A stretch of 64,000 bases of DNA, taken from NCBI GenBank assembly GCA_044229975.1, contig JBGARZ010000001.1, positions 1,056,001 to 1,120,000 of the forward strand, written 5' to 3'. The DNA comes from Polyangiales bacterium. GTDB lineage: Bacteria > Myxococcota_A > Polyangia > Polyangiales > Ga0077539. Position numbers and translations under genes: made by a program. The notes under the pieces were generated by a model, which worked only from the letters and a program-made list of their open reading frames with translations, was not told the origin of the DNA and did not search any database. This document shows positions 13,632 through 24,403 of this stretch, piece after piece. Each line of letters begins with the position of its first letter. The stretch's first letter is position 1.

Positions 13632-14351
13632 ATGCGCGGCTTCCTTCTGCTGTCGGGGTTGATCGGGGTGATGGCGTGCGCGTCGCGCGTGTCGTCGACG
13701 GAGGCGGACGTCGGTGTGACGCCGGCGGACGTGGCGACGGTCGGCGAAGGCGGGCCGTGCGCGGCGGGGATGGTCTACGTGTACGCGCCGGGGTGTGACG
13801 CGCCGACGGGGCGCTGCGTGACCGAGGTGACGGACGCAGGCGCGATTCCGCAGATGGGTTTCTGCGGGTGTGATGGCGAGGTGTTCTACGACTCGACGGG
13901 GGCGCGACGGCCGATTCGATCGGCGGGGCTGTGTCCCGCTCGGGATGCGGGGATCGATGCGGGCAGCGCGGACGTGAGCTTGGACGTTGGCGTCGATGCA
14001 GGCAGCGCCGACGTGGGTGTCGATGCAGGCAGCGCCGACGTGGGCGTCGATGCGGGCGGCGACGTGGCGCCAGATTGCTCCGCCGGGCCAAACGACTGGC
14101 GCAACTGCGGGGGCTGCGGCGTGGTGTGTTGCGGGGGTTGGTGCTTCGACGGCCGGTGTGGGACCGAGGGCCCTCCGGGGACGACCTCGTGCCCGAGCAC
14201 CGAGGCGTACCGGATGCGTTACGGGTGCATCGGACCGATCCCGGTGCAGCCGGCCTACGACCCCAACAACTGCGGCGGCTGTGGCGTGCGATGTGAGACC
14301 GGGATGGCCTGCTCCAGCGGCCGCTGCGTGGCGATGACGGACGGGGGTTGA
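13632..14351 (+). CDS. Cys-rich lipoprotein (Stig1/MXAN_6577-like repeats)
   Basis: Lipobox VMAC, two (D)xxNCGGCGVxC repeats, DAG-rich linker. Confidence 0.72.
   Translation: MRGFLLLSGLIGVMACASRVSSTEADVGVTPADVATVGEGGPCAAGMVYVYAPGCDAPTGRCVTEVTDAGAIPQMGFCGCDGEVFYDSTGARRPIRSAGLCPARDAGIDAGSADVSLDVGVDAGSADVGVDAGSADVGVDAGGDVAPDCSAGPNDWRNCGGCGVVCCGGWCFDGRCGTEGPPGTTSCPSTEAYRMRYGCIGPIPVQPAYDPNNCGGCGVRCETGMACSSGRCVAMTDGG
13992..14056 (+). repeat. 27-bp coding tandem repeat (VDAGSADVG)
   Basis: gtcgatgcaggcagcgccgacgtggg(t/c) twice plus a partial copy. Confidence 0.85.
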
Positions 14352-14393
14352 AGAGCGATCGCCCGCAGCAGGTCGACGAGGAACCGGAGACCG

Positions 14394-15824
14394 TTACCCT
14401 CCCACCAGCGCCTCGTGCTCCACCTCATCGCGTGAGTCGACGCGGCGGCGGTCCGACGTTGCCGTGACGGGAGCCCGCCACGCCCCGCGGGTCCAGCGCC
14501 ACCAGAGCAGCGACGCGCCAAACGTCGTCTCGCCGACGAAGCCCAGCCAGCCGCCCACGACGCCCAGTCCGAGCTCGCGCCCGAAGAGCCACGCCGCGCA
14601 CGGGATGCACGTCCACATCGTCGCGATGCCGACCGTCGCGGCGAAGCGCACGTCCTTGGCGCCGCGCAGCGCCCCGCGCAGCACGATGTTGGCGCCGTCC
14701 AGCACCTGGAACACGGCAGCCACCACGAGCAGTCGCCGCACCGTCTCGATGAGCAGCGGGTCGTGCGTGAAGAAGCGCGCGATGAGCCCGCCTCCGAACG
14801 CGAACACCACCCCGCACGCCGCCATGAACCCGATGGCCACGGCGAGCGCCGCGCGGGTCATCCGGTCGGCCTCGTCGGCGTCGCCCCGACCGAGCGCGCG
14901 CCCGACCAGCACCGACGCCGCCTCGGACACCGCCACGCCAGGGAGAAACGACGTTCGGATGACGGCGAGCGCCACCTGATGCGCCGCCACCTCCCTCGCG
15001 CCGAGCGACCCGAGGATGGCCGTGAACACCGTGAACGCCAGCGTCTCCAGGCCGAACTGCATCCCCGTCGGGACGCCCACGGCGCACACCTTCCGCAGCG
15101 CCGTCGCGAAGCCCGGCATCGTCGGATCAGGCGACCGCGCGCGCCACGCCGCGACCCACAGCGCGGCCAGCCGCAGGGCGTTGATGCCCTCGGCGATGGC
15201 GGTCGCATAGCCCGCGCCCGCGACACCCAGACGGGGCATCCCGAAGTGCCCGTAGATGAGCACCCACGCGAGGGCCGCGTTGACGACGTTGCCCGAGAGC
15301 GTGACGCGCATGGGGGTCTGGCTGTCGCCCACGCCCTGCCGCCACTGAACCATCGCCGCGAGCAGACAGGTGAGCGGCGCCAGCGTGGTGCGCGCGGCCA
15401 TGAACGAACGCGCGTACGGCACCATCGCCGGGTCGACGTGCAGCGCCCGCAGCGCCCAGGTGATGTCGCGTCCGAAGACGAACACCGCCGCGCCCGCGAG
15501 CACCGCGAGGGCCGCCCCGGCGCGGGCGTACGCGAGGCTGTGTTGGGGGTGAGCCTCGCCGAGGGCGTGCGAGGCGCAGACCTTCACGCCGCGCATGACG
15601 CCGAAGACGATGGCGTAGTTGAGCCACGTCAGCACGGTGGCGACGCCGACGCCGCCGAGCGCGTTGGCGCCGAGTCCGCCGACGAGGGCGGTGTCGACGA
15701 GGCCCATGGCCGTGTCGCCGAGGAGAGCGACCGCGATGGGCCAGGCGAGGTGGACGACCTCGCGGTGGGCGTCCGAGCGGACGACCTCCAGCGAGTGGCG
15801 TCTCAAGCGATGAAGGAGCTGCAC
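14394..15824 (-). CDS. MATE family efflux transporter
   Basis: LAWPI, MGLVDT..VGGLG..ALGGVG, GNVVN..LIYGHFGMPRLGVAGAGYAT, AAHQVA, FQVLDG..GALRG. GTG start uncertain. Confidence 0.9.
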   Translation of the reverse strand: MQLLHRLRRHSLEVVRSDAHREVVHLAWPIAVALLGDTAMGLVDTALVGGLGANALGGVGVATVLTWLNYAIVFGVMRGVKVCASHALGEAHPQHSLAYARAGAALAVLAGAAVFVFGRDITWALRALHVDPAMVPYARSFMAARTTLAPLTCLLAAMVQWRQGVGDSQTPMRVTLSGNVVNAALAWVLIYGHFGMPRLGVAGAGYATAIAEGINALRLAALWVAAWRARSPDPTMPGFATALRKVCAVGVPTGMQFGLETLAFTVFTAILGSLGAREVAAHQVALAVIRTSFLPGVAVSEAASVLVGRALGRGDADEADRMTRAALAVAIGFMAACGVVFAFGGGLIARFFTHDPLLIETVRRLLVVAAVFQVLDGANIVLRGALRGAKDVRFAATVGIATMWTCIPCAAWLFGRELGLGVVGGWLGFVGETTFGASLLWWRWTRGAWRAPVTATSDRRRVDSRDEVEHEALVGG

Positions 15825-16068
15825 GACCGACCGTCTCTTCCAGTGACCACCGACCATCCCTCGGTTGAGAGGGTCGCGTGGGTCACTGGTACGACGGCCC
15901 TCTCCTGCTAGCGGACTCCCTTGATGGCGAAGTCGGCCGTGAGCACGCAGCTCGGACGGCACGTCGACATCGGGGAGTGGGTGCAGGGGAAAATCATGAG
16001 CACCACGGGTAGCGCGTTGGTCGATCGCCGGTCAAGCGCGCGGCTGCGTTAGTGTGCGCGCCATCCCC

Positions 16069-18699
16069 ATGAAGACCACGCGATGGATGGGCCCGGTGGT
16101 GTTGGCGGCGCTCGTGGGCGCGTGCGCTCCCGACGACGGAACAGTCACCCCGGTGAAGGACGCCGGCACCTTCGACGCGGGCACGCGCGACGTTGTGTCG
16201 GACCTCACGACGGACATCACCATCGACCGCGGCGTCTCGAAGATGGACGTACCTTCGGACCGCGGCGCGATGACCGATGGCGGTGCGGCGGAGGTGTTCA
16301 CGCCCGAGTGCCGCGCGACGGCCGACTGCCCCGCCGGGCGCCTCTGTCGCATGGACCGCTGCGTCGAGATGACGACCACCTGCACGAGCGCGGCAGGGTG
16401 TCCCAACGACATGCGCTGCGAGGGCGGTCGCTGCGTCGCGTGGGCGAGCGGCGGAACCGACCCCGCGTGCACGGTCGACCCGCGGCCCGGGGTGTTTGCG
16501 CCAGCGGTCCAGTGCCAGTTCGACGAGGCGCCGGCGGGTGATGCGTTCCCCGAGCACCTGCACGTCCTGTCGACGCCGATGGTGGCCGACCTGCGGGTGT
16601 ACTCGTCGCCGACGATCGGCGTGCGGCCGTCCATCGTGGTGGTGTTCGATGACGGCGGCGACGGGAGCTCGGAGCTTCCCTCGGGGCTCATCCGCATCCT
16701 CGACGGCCGCACCTGTCAGTTGCAGGACAACCTGAGCGACCAGATGGTGTCGCACTCCTCGCCGCCCGCCATCGGCGACCTCGACGGCGACGGGACGCCC
16801 GAGATCGTGGCCTTCAAGGCAGGCGGCGGGCTGGTGGCATTTCGGTATGTGCGCACGGTCGACGCGGGTCGCTGGAGCGTGTGGTGGCGCTCGACGACCG
16901 ACGACGGGATGGCCTTCAATCCCACCGGCGGCGGATGGGCGGGGCCGACCATCGTGGACATCGACGGCGACGGTCGACCAGAGGTGCTGCGCCACGGGAT
17001 GGTGTTCAACGGACGCACGGGCGTGCTGGTCGGAGGACAGGGCGTGCGCACGCAGCTCGCGGGCTACTCGGCGGGGGCGTTTAGCGTGGTGCTGGACGTC
17101 GACGAGGACGGCGCGGTCGAGCTCATCACGGGCAACGGCGTGTTCGGCTGGGACGCGACGATGCGGGAGTGGGTTCGCGAGACGTACTTCACGCGGAGCA
17201 ACTGCGCGGGCGCGGGCTGCGGCGACGGCCAGGTGGCGGTCGGCGACTTCGGCGACTTCGCGACGGCGCGCTTTCCCGATGGGCACATCCCGGAGATCGC
17301 GGTGGTGTCGTCGGGCTACGTGCGGGTGGACACGATCGAGGGGCGCACGGTGTTTGGTCCGGTGGCGCTGCCGGGCGGCGGGACGGGCGGTCCGCCGACG
17401 GTGGCGGACTTCGACGGCGACGGCCTCGCGGAGGTCGCGGCGGCCGGGGCGACGGCGTACTCGGTGATGGACCCGGACTGCGGTCCGCGCACCGTGTCGC
17501 GCCCGGAGGGTCGCTGCGAGACGATGACGACGACGGGCGTGTTGTGGTCGCGGCCATCGCAGGACTCGAGCTCCAACGTCACGGGGAGCACGTCCTTCGA
17601 CTTCGAGGGCGATGGGCGCGTCGAGGCCGTGTACGCCGACGAGTGCTTCGCGCGGGTGTACGACGGCGCGACGGGCACGGTGCTCTTCTCGCAGCAGCAC
17701 TCGTCGTGCACCTGGTACGAAAACCCCGTGGTGGCCGACGTCGACGGCGACTTCCGGGCCGAGCTCGTGGTGGGCAGCAACTTCAACTGCGGATCACCCA
17801 CGACGGGCATCGCGTGTCCGGGCGTGGGGCCGCGCGGGGTGGACGTTCAGTTCGCGGGGCTGCGGTGCTCCAACAACTCCGAGTGCCCGTCCAACGCGTG
17901 CGTGATGGGCTTCTGCCGCTGCACCATGGACAGCGAGTGCTGCCCCGGAAGCGCGCCCGCAGGCGACGCCGGCGTAGACGACGGCGGCGCGGACGATGGT
18001 GGGACGGACGCGGGCGTGGCGATGGATGCGGGCGGCGACGCAGGCCGCACGACGGGCTCGGGGAGCGAGTGCACGTACGTGTGCGCGGAGCCACCGGAGG
18101 GGACGGCGGGAGCGGGCAACACGTGCCGCGCGGTGCGTCCGCGAGGCGTGCGCGGGGTGCGTGTGTACGCGGACATCGCCGACCGCTGGGTTCGGTCGCG
18201 AACGATCTGGAACCAGCACGCCTACAACGTGACCAACGTCGAGGACGACGCGCGGGTGCTCGCGAGCGGGGTGGTGCGTCGCAACTGGCGGGTGCCCGGG
18301 CTCAACAACTTCCGCACGAACGTGCAGGGCACCGCGGAGATCACGAGCTCACCGGACGGAACGGTCTCGGGCACGGGCTTCGTGTGTCAGCCGTCGGGCG
18401 CGGCGCGCATGCAGGTGCGAGCGTGCAACCGTGGGACGGCGCCGATGGCGGACGGGCTGTCGGTGGGCTTCTACCGCGGCGACGGCGTGACGATGGGCGC
18501 GCGGGTGTGCCGCGCAGAGACGCCAAGAGCGTTGCTGCCGGGCGAGTGCGCGGACGTGACGTGCGACTGGCCGACGCCGCCGCTCGACCGCGCGGAGCCG
18601 GTGACGGTGGTGATCGACGACGCGCGGGCGCGCACCGAGTGCCATGAGGAGAACAACCTCGGGCTCATCGAGGACGTGATCTGCCGAGGGCCCGGCTGA
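16069..18699 (+). CDS. FG-GAP/VCBS-repeat Cys-rich lipoprotein with CARDB-like C-terminus
   Basis: Lipobox VGAC, repeated (G/A)DxDGDGxxE motifs, FDFEGDG..YADEC, WNQHAYNVTNV, ECHEENN. Confidence 0.85.
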   Translation: MKTTRWMGPVVLAALVGACAPDDGTVTPVKDAGTFDAGTRDVVSDLTTDITIDRGVSKMDVPSDRGAMTDGGAAEVFTPECRATADCPAGRLCRMDRCVEMTTTCTSAAGCPNDMRCEGGRCVAWASGGTDPACTVDPRPGVFAPAVQCQFDEAPAGDAFPEHLHVLSTPMVADLRVYSSPTIGVRPSIVVVFDDGGDGSSELPSGLIRILDGRTCQLQDNLSDQMVSHSSPPAIGDLDGDGTPEIVAFKAGGGLVAFRYVRTVDAGRWSVWWRSTTDDGMAFNPTGGGWAGPTIVDIDGDGRPEVLRHGMVFNGRTGVLVGGQGVRTQLAGYSAGAFSVVLDVDEDGAVELITGNGVFGWDATMREWVRETYFTRSNCAGAGCGDGQVAVGDFGDFATARFPDGHIPEIAVVSSGYVRVDTIEGRTVFGPVALPGGGTGGPPTVADFDGDGLAEVAAAGATAYSVMDPDCGPRTVSRPEGRCETMTTTGVLWSRPSQDSSSNVTGSTSFDFEGDGRVEAVYADECFARVYDGATGTVLFSQQHSSCTWYENPVVADVDGDFRAELVVGSNFNCGSPTTGIACPGVGPRGVDVQFAGLRCSNNSECPSNACVMGFCRCTMDSECCPGSAPAGDAGVDDGGADDGGTDAGVAMDAGGDAGRTTGSGSECTYVCAEPPEGTAGAGNTCRAVRPRGVRGVRVYADIADRWVRSRTIWNQHAYNVTNVEDDARVLASGVVRRNWRVPGLNNFRTNVQGTAEITSSPDGTVSGTGFVCQPSGAARMQVRACNRGTAPMADGLSVGFYRGDGVTMGARVCRAETPRALLPGECADVTCDWPTPPLDRAEPVTVVIDDARARTECHEENNLGLIEDVICRGPG

Positions 18700-18731
18700 G
18701 GCAATGGCCGCAACGACGCAAGACGATTGTC

Positions 18732-18760
18732 TTGACAGTGTTGGGGGTGGCGCGTAGAAA
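18732..18760 (+). promoter_or_regulatory. Sigma70-type promoter of tRNA-Pro
   Basis: TTGACA (18732-18737), 17-bp spacer, TAGAAA (18755-18760), 13 nt before the tRNA. Confidence 0.7.
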
Positions 18761-18773
18761 GCGTCTCCCTTTA

Positions 18774-18847
18774 CGGGGCGTAGCGCAGCCTGGTAGCGCA
18801 CCTGGTTCGGGACCAGGGAGTCGGAGGTTCAAATCCTCTCGCCCCGA
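18774..18847 (+). tRNA. tRNA-Pro (anticodon CGG), CCA not encoded
   Basis: Acceptor stem CGGGGCG/CGCCCCG, D arm GCGC-AGCCTGGTA-GCGC, anticodon stem CCTGG/CCAGG with loop TTCGGGA, T loop GGTTCAAATCC. Confidence 0.97.
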
Positions 18848-18855
18848 CGGAAGCA

Positions 18856-18891
18856 AAAGACCCTCGGATGCCGCAAGGCTCCGGGGGTTTT
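18856..18891. terminator. Intrinsic terminator after tRNA-Pro, possibly bidirectional with tauE
   Basis: AAAA-gaccctcgga..gcc-gcaa-ggc..tccggggg-TTTT hairpin. Confidence 0.65.
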
Positions 18892-18893
18892 CG

Positions 18894-19793
18894 CTATGGG
18901 GCATCGGGGTGCAGGCGCGCGTGGCCGGGATCAAACGCGGAGTCGGTCCTCCGTCGGCTCCGCGCGAGCGCCGCCAGCGCAGGGAGCGCGACCGCCACGA
19001 GCAGCAGCCAGGGCCAGTCTTGCGCGAGCGACACGTGCACCCCGAACAGCCGCGGCAGCTCTCGGAGGAGGAGGAGCTCGGCCATCACCAGGACCAGCCA
19101 CGCGAAGCCGCGGCGCAATGCGTCGGGCGAGACGCTCCCCGCGAGCCGACTCCCGACGACGCTGCCCAGCGCGGCGGCGGCCACGACCGGCAGGGCGACG
19201 CCCCAGGGGATGGACACCCCGCCGAGGTGACCCGCGAAGCCTGCGAGGCCGTTCATCGCGATCACGAGCAGTGAGGTGCCGACGGCCACGGTCATGGGCA
19301 TGCGCGCCACGAGCACGAGCGCCGGCACGACGAGGAAGCCGCCGCCCGCCCCGACGAGACCCGTGAGCGCCCCCACCACGACGCCGAGCGGCGCGAGCGC
19401 ACCGAGCGGGAGCGCGGCGGACGACGGGTCGGCTGACGCGCGCCGCGGCCTCATCATGGCGACGGCGGTGACGAGCATCGCGGCCCCGAAGGCGACGACC
19501 AGGACGTCGGGTGACAGGTGGGCCGACGCGCGTCCGCCGACAAAGGCCCCGGCCATGCTCGCGATGCCGAAGAGGGCACCCGCGCGCCAGCGAACCCGCC
19601 CAGCGCGCGCATGCGGCACGAGCGAGAGCGCGCTCGTCGTGCCCACCACGAGCAGCGACGACGCGATGGCCTGATCGGGCGGCAGCCGAAACACATAGAG
19701 AAGGATCGGCACCGTCAGGATCGAGCCACCTCCGCCCAGGAGACCGAGCGCCACGCCGACCGCCACCGCCAACACCACGCCGAGCACGAACAT
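18894..19793 (-). CDS. TauE/SafE (TSUP) sulfite exporter family protein
   Basis: [46 protein letters not shown]. Confidence 0.92.
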   Translation of the reverse strand: MFVLGVVLAVAVGVALGLLGGGGSILTVPILLYVFRLPPDQAIASSLLVVGTTSALSLVPHARAGRVRWRAGALFGIASMAGAFVGGRASAHLSPDVLVVAFGAAMLVTAVAMMRPRRASADPSSAALPLGALAPLGVVVGALTGLVGAGGGFLVVPALVLVARMPMTVAVGTSLLVIAMNGLAGFAGHLGGVSIPWGVALPVVAAAALGSVVGSRLAGSVSPDALRRGFAWLVLVMAELLLLRELPRLFGVHVSLAQDWPWLLLVAVALPALAALARSRRRTDSAFDPGHARLHPDAP

Positions 19794-19817
19794 GCGCACA
19801 CCTCGGGGCGCCGTAGA

Positions 19818-19832
19818 GCGAGCGACGTGCCA
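19818..19832 (-). promoter_or_regulatory. Sigma54 -24/-12 promoter for tauE
   Basis: Minus strand TGGCACGtcgcTCGC (GG-N10-GC). Confidence 0.6.
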
Positions 19833-19976
19833 CACGACGCTTCCTCCAGATGGCGCGTCGGACGACCCTCGCTGGACGGCGCCATGAAACGTTTCGCAAC
19901 GTCCAACGCAACGACCGCAACGAGCTCACTCGCGCTGGATCCCTCGATTTTGTGTGGCTTCCGCGTCAGGCGACCG

Positions 19977-19991
19977 AGGCACGACGATTGC
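19977..19991 (+). promoter_or_regulatory. Sigma54 -24/-12 promoter for the yeeE-yeeE-pdo operon
   Basis: aGGCACGacgaTTGC (GG-N10-GC), about 50 bp upstream of ATG 20041. Confidence 0.7.
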
Positions 19992-20040
19992 GATGTCGGC
20001 CGACGACCGGCGCACCCTGCAACGCCCGGGAAGAGAGCTC

Positions 20041-20460
20041 ATGACCCTGTCTTCGGTGTGGATCCACGCGCTCCTCGGCGGCGCGCTCATCGGCACGAGC
20101 GCGTCGCTCCTGCTTGCGTTCAACGGCCGCGTCGCCGGCATCTCGGGCATCGTCGGCGGCGCGCTGCGCCCCGCCCCGGGCGACCTCGCGTGGCGGGCGC
20201 TCTTCGTCGTCGGTCTCGTGGTGGGTGGCCTCGCGGCGTACCCGATCGCGCCGGGTGCGTTTGCGGTGCCCGCGACCAACATGGCCACCGCCGTCGCGGC
20301 CGGGCTCCTCGTGGGCGTGGGCACCGGGCTGGGCAGCGGCTGCACCTCCGGCCATGGGGTGTGCGGCCTCGCGCGCCGGTCGCCTCGCTCGCTCGCGGCG
20401 ACGCTCACCTTCATCGCCGCAGGCGCCGCGACCGTGGCCCTCACCGGCGGCTCGCCGTGA
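20041..20460 (+). CDS. YeeE/YedE family sulfur-compound transporter subunit
   Basis: GGALIG, NGRVAGISG, GLLVGVGT.LGSGCTSGHGVCGLAR.S.RSL. Confidence 0.92.
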   Translation: MTLSSVWIHALLGGALIGTSASLLLAFNGRVAGISGIVGGALRPAPGDLAWRALFVVGLVVGGLAAYPIAPGAFAVPATNMATAVAAGLLVGVGTGLGSGCTSGHGVCGLARRSPRSLAATLTFIAAGAATVALTGGSP

Positions 20461-20891
20461 GCGCCACCACCACGACGCGACGCCTCGGCCTCGGAGCGAC
20501 CGCGCTCGTCGCCGGGGGCCTCTTCGGCTTCGGCCTCGCGCTCGCGGGCATGACGCGACCCGAGCGGGTGCGCGGCTTCCTCGACTTCAGCGTGCGCTGG
20601 GACCCGACGCTGGTGCTGGTGCTGGGCGCGGCGCTCGCCGTCCACGCGGCGGCGTATCGCCTCGTCGCGCGGCGCGCGGCGCCGGTGTTCGCGGGCAGCT
20701 TCTCGCTCCCGACCCGGCGCGACCTCGACCTCCGTCTGCTGGGCGGCGCCGCGATCTTCGGCGTCGGCTGGGGCCTCGGCGGCTTCTGCCCGGGGCCCGC
20801 GATCGTCTCGCTCGTCGGAGGTCACGGGGCGACCGTGGCCTTCGTCCTCGCGATGATCGGCGGCCTCGCGCTCGCGACCCCGCGCCGTTGA
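20457..20891 (+). CDS. YeeE/YedE (DUF6691-like) partner subunit
   Basis: LFGFGL..AGMT.P..V.GFLD..WDPTL, IFGVGWGLGGFCPGPA. GTG overlaps the upstream TGA. Confidence 0.9.
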   Translation: MSATTTTRRLGLGATALVAGGLFGFGLALAGMTRPERVRGFLDFSVRWDPTLVLVLGAALAVHAAAYRLVARRAAPVFAGSFSLPTRRDLDLRLLGGAAIFGVGWGLGGFCPGPAIVSLVGGHGATVAFVLAMIGGLALATPRR

Positions 20892-20940
20892 CGCGATCAT
20901 CCCCTCGTTGGCGCCACGCACCTCGCAAAGGAGACCTGCC

Positions 20941-22017
20941 ATGTTGTTTCGACAGTTGTTCGACCCCGAGACCTCGACCTGGTCGTATCTGCTCGCTGAC
21001 GAGACGACCCGCGAGGCCGTGCTCATCGACCCGGTGCTGGAGCAGGTCGAGCGCGACCTCCAGCTCCTGCGCGAGCTCGACCTCACGCTCCGCTGGGCGC
21101 TCGACACCCACGTCCACGCCGACCACGTCACCGGCCTCGGCGCGCTGCGCGCCCACACAGGTTGTCAGACCGTGCTCTCGGAGCGCGCAGGCACCGGGTG
21201 GGCCGACCGCCTCGTGAAGCAGGGCGACCGCGTGGCCTTTGGCGACCGCTTCCTGGAGGTGCGCGAGACGCCCGGGCACACCGACGGCTGCGTCACGTAC
21301 GTGACCGACGACCACGCGATGGCCTTCACGGGTGACGCGCTGCTCATCCGCGGCTGCGGCCGCACCGACTTCCAGCAGGGCGACGCGGCGGCCCTCTACG
21401 CCTCGGTGCACGCCCAGGTGCTGTCGCTGCCCGACCAGACGCTCGTGTACCCGGGTCACGACTACAAGGGCCGAACCGCCTCGACGGTCGGCGAGGAGAA
21501 GCGCTGGAACCCGCGGCTCGGCGCCGGGCGCACGTCGGCGGAGTTCGTGGCGATCATGGCGGGGCTCCAGCTCGCGTACCCGAAGCGCATCGACGTGGCG
21601 CTGCCGCTCAATCTTCGGTGCGGCGTCCCGCGGGGATTGCCCGTCAGCGGGGAAGCGCCCGCGGCCCCGCGGTGGGCGCCCGTGGAGGTCAGCGCCGCCG
21701 ACGTTCCCGAGGTCACCTGCGAGTGGCTCGCCGCCCACACCGACGCGGGGCGACTCGTGGACGTCCGCGAGCCCGAGGAGTTTCGCGGCGAGCTCGGTCA
21801 CGTCGACGGAGCGGCGCTCGTCCCGCTGGCCACCGTGACCGACGAGGCCGCCCGGTGGGACCGCGCGGCGCCGGTGCTCCTCGTCTGCCGCTCGGGCGGG
21901 CGCTCGGGCAAGGCCGCGCTCGCCCTCCAGGCGATGGGCTTCGCGAAGGTCGCCTCCCTCCGCGGCGGCATGATCGCCTGGAACGCCCTGCGTCTCCCCG
22001 TCACCCGCGACGCCTGA
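20941..22017 (+). CDS. Persulfide dioxygenase (ETHE1-like MBL)-rhodanese fusion
   Basis: FRQLFD..TWSYLL, THVHADHVTG, TPGHTDGC, TGDALLIRGCGRTDFQ, YPGHDY. C-terminal rhodanese DVREPEE..CRSGGRS..LRGG..W. RBS AAGGAG. Confidence 0.94.
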   Translation: MLFRQLFDPETSTWSYLLADETTREAVLIDPVLEQVERDLQLLRELDLTLRWALDTHVHADHVTGLGALRAHTGCQTVLSERAGTGWADRLVKQGDRVAFGDRFLEVRETPGHTDGCVTYVTDDHAMAFTGDALLIRGCGRTDFQQGDAAALYASVHAQVLSLPDQTLVYPGHDYKGRTASTVGEEKRWNPRLGAGRTSAEFVAIMAGLQLAYPKRIDVALPLNLRCGVPRGLPVSGEAPAAPRWAPVEVSAADVPEVTCEWLAAHTDAGRLVDVREPEEFRGELGHVDGAALVPLATVTDEAARWDRAAPVLLVCRSGGRSGKAALALQAMGFAKVASLRGGMIAWNALRLPVTRDA

Positions 22018-22029
22018 CAGGCACAGCCT

Positions 22030-23385
<1,356 letters not shown>

Positions 23386-23593
23386 CGCCCCTCTTCTCGC
23401 AGGGATGCGCCGCGTTGGAAACCACCACATGCACGCCCGCGGCGAAGCGCCCGGCGCGTCGCGCTCACCAACAATCGTCCGACGGGAGGGCGAGCGTCGA
23501 AGGGTTTCGCCGCGAGCGGTCATCCAGGTCTCCGAGCAGGGCGACGACCCGCGTCGGCCATCGCCCTATCCCCCATTTCGAAGGAGACGTTTC

Positions 23594-24397
23594 ATGGTCG
23601 GTCTTGCCGCGCTCGCCCTCGCGTGGACGCACAGCCTCGCCCTCACCGTGACGCCACCGGGCGGCGCGGTCGGCGGCCTTTCGCGACCCGTCCCCGAAGT
23701 GTCGCTGCGCGTCGATCGCCTCGGGCTCGACCGACCGCCCGGCGGCTGGCGCCCCTTCGTCGCGCAGAACGCCACGGCCTCCGGCGCGACGCCGACCGAG
23801 AGCTCCGCGGACACCCCGTCGCCCGCCACGACCTGCGACCTCGACTGCGAGACCGCCCAGGAGGACGCGCGCCTCGCTCGCTACGTGCAGCGCCGCCGCG
23901 CCCGGCTCCTGCGCACCCACCGCGCCTTCGCCATCGCCGCGTGGAGCACGATGCTCGTCACGGAGGTGCTCGGGACCATCCAGGCCGTCAACCAGCCCAC
24001 GTGGTTTGGCGACGGCGCCTGCTCGCACGACCCCGAAGCCTTCGGCTGCCACCAGTCGTCGCTGCTCACCGGCCTGCACGAGACCTTCGCGTTCACGACC
24101 ACGGCGCTCTACACGACCGCGGGCATCCTGGCCGTGGCCGCCCCCGACCCCGACAACGCCGCCGAGGGCGACGGCCGCGCCCCACGAACGCTCCGCCTCC
24201 ACAAGACCCTGGCGTGGGTGCACGGCGCCGGGATGATCCTGCTGCCGCTGCTTGGTGTGATCACCGCCCACCCGCAGATCGTCGGCGTCTCGCCCTCGGC
24301 GCAGGCGGACTTCGGTCGCGCGATGCGCACCGTCCACGCCGGCGTCGGCTTCGTGACCTTCGCCGCGCTCTCGGTCTCGGCCTACCTGGAGCTGTAG
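23594..24397 (+). CDS. Membrane protein with four His-bearing hydrophobic helices
   Basis: RBS AAGGAG. Helices THRAFAIAAW, LHETFAFTT, LHKTLAWVHGAG and VHAGVGFV. Confidence 0.7.
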   Translation: MVGLAALALAWTHSLALTVTPPGGAVGGLSRPVPEVSLRVDRLGLDRPPGGWRPFVAQNATASGATPTESSADTPSPATTCDLDCETAQEDARLARYVQRRRARLLRTHRAFAIAAWSTMLVTEVLGTIQAVNQPTWFGDGACSHDPEAFGCHQSSLLTGLHETFAFTTTALYTTAGILAVAAPDPDNAAEGDGRAPRTLRLHKTLAWVHGAGMILLPLLGVITAHPQIVGVSPSAQADFGRAMRTVHAGVGFVTFAALSVSAYLEL

Positions 24398-24403
24398 CGC
24401 GTC

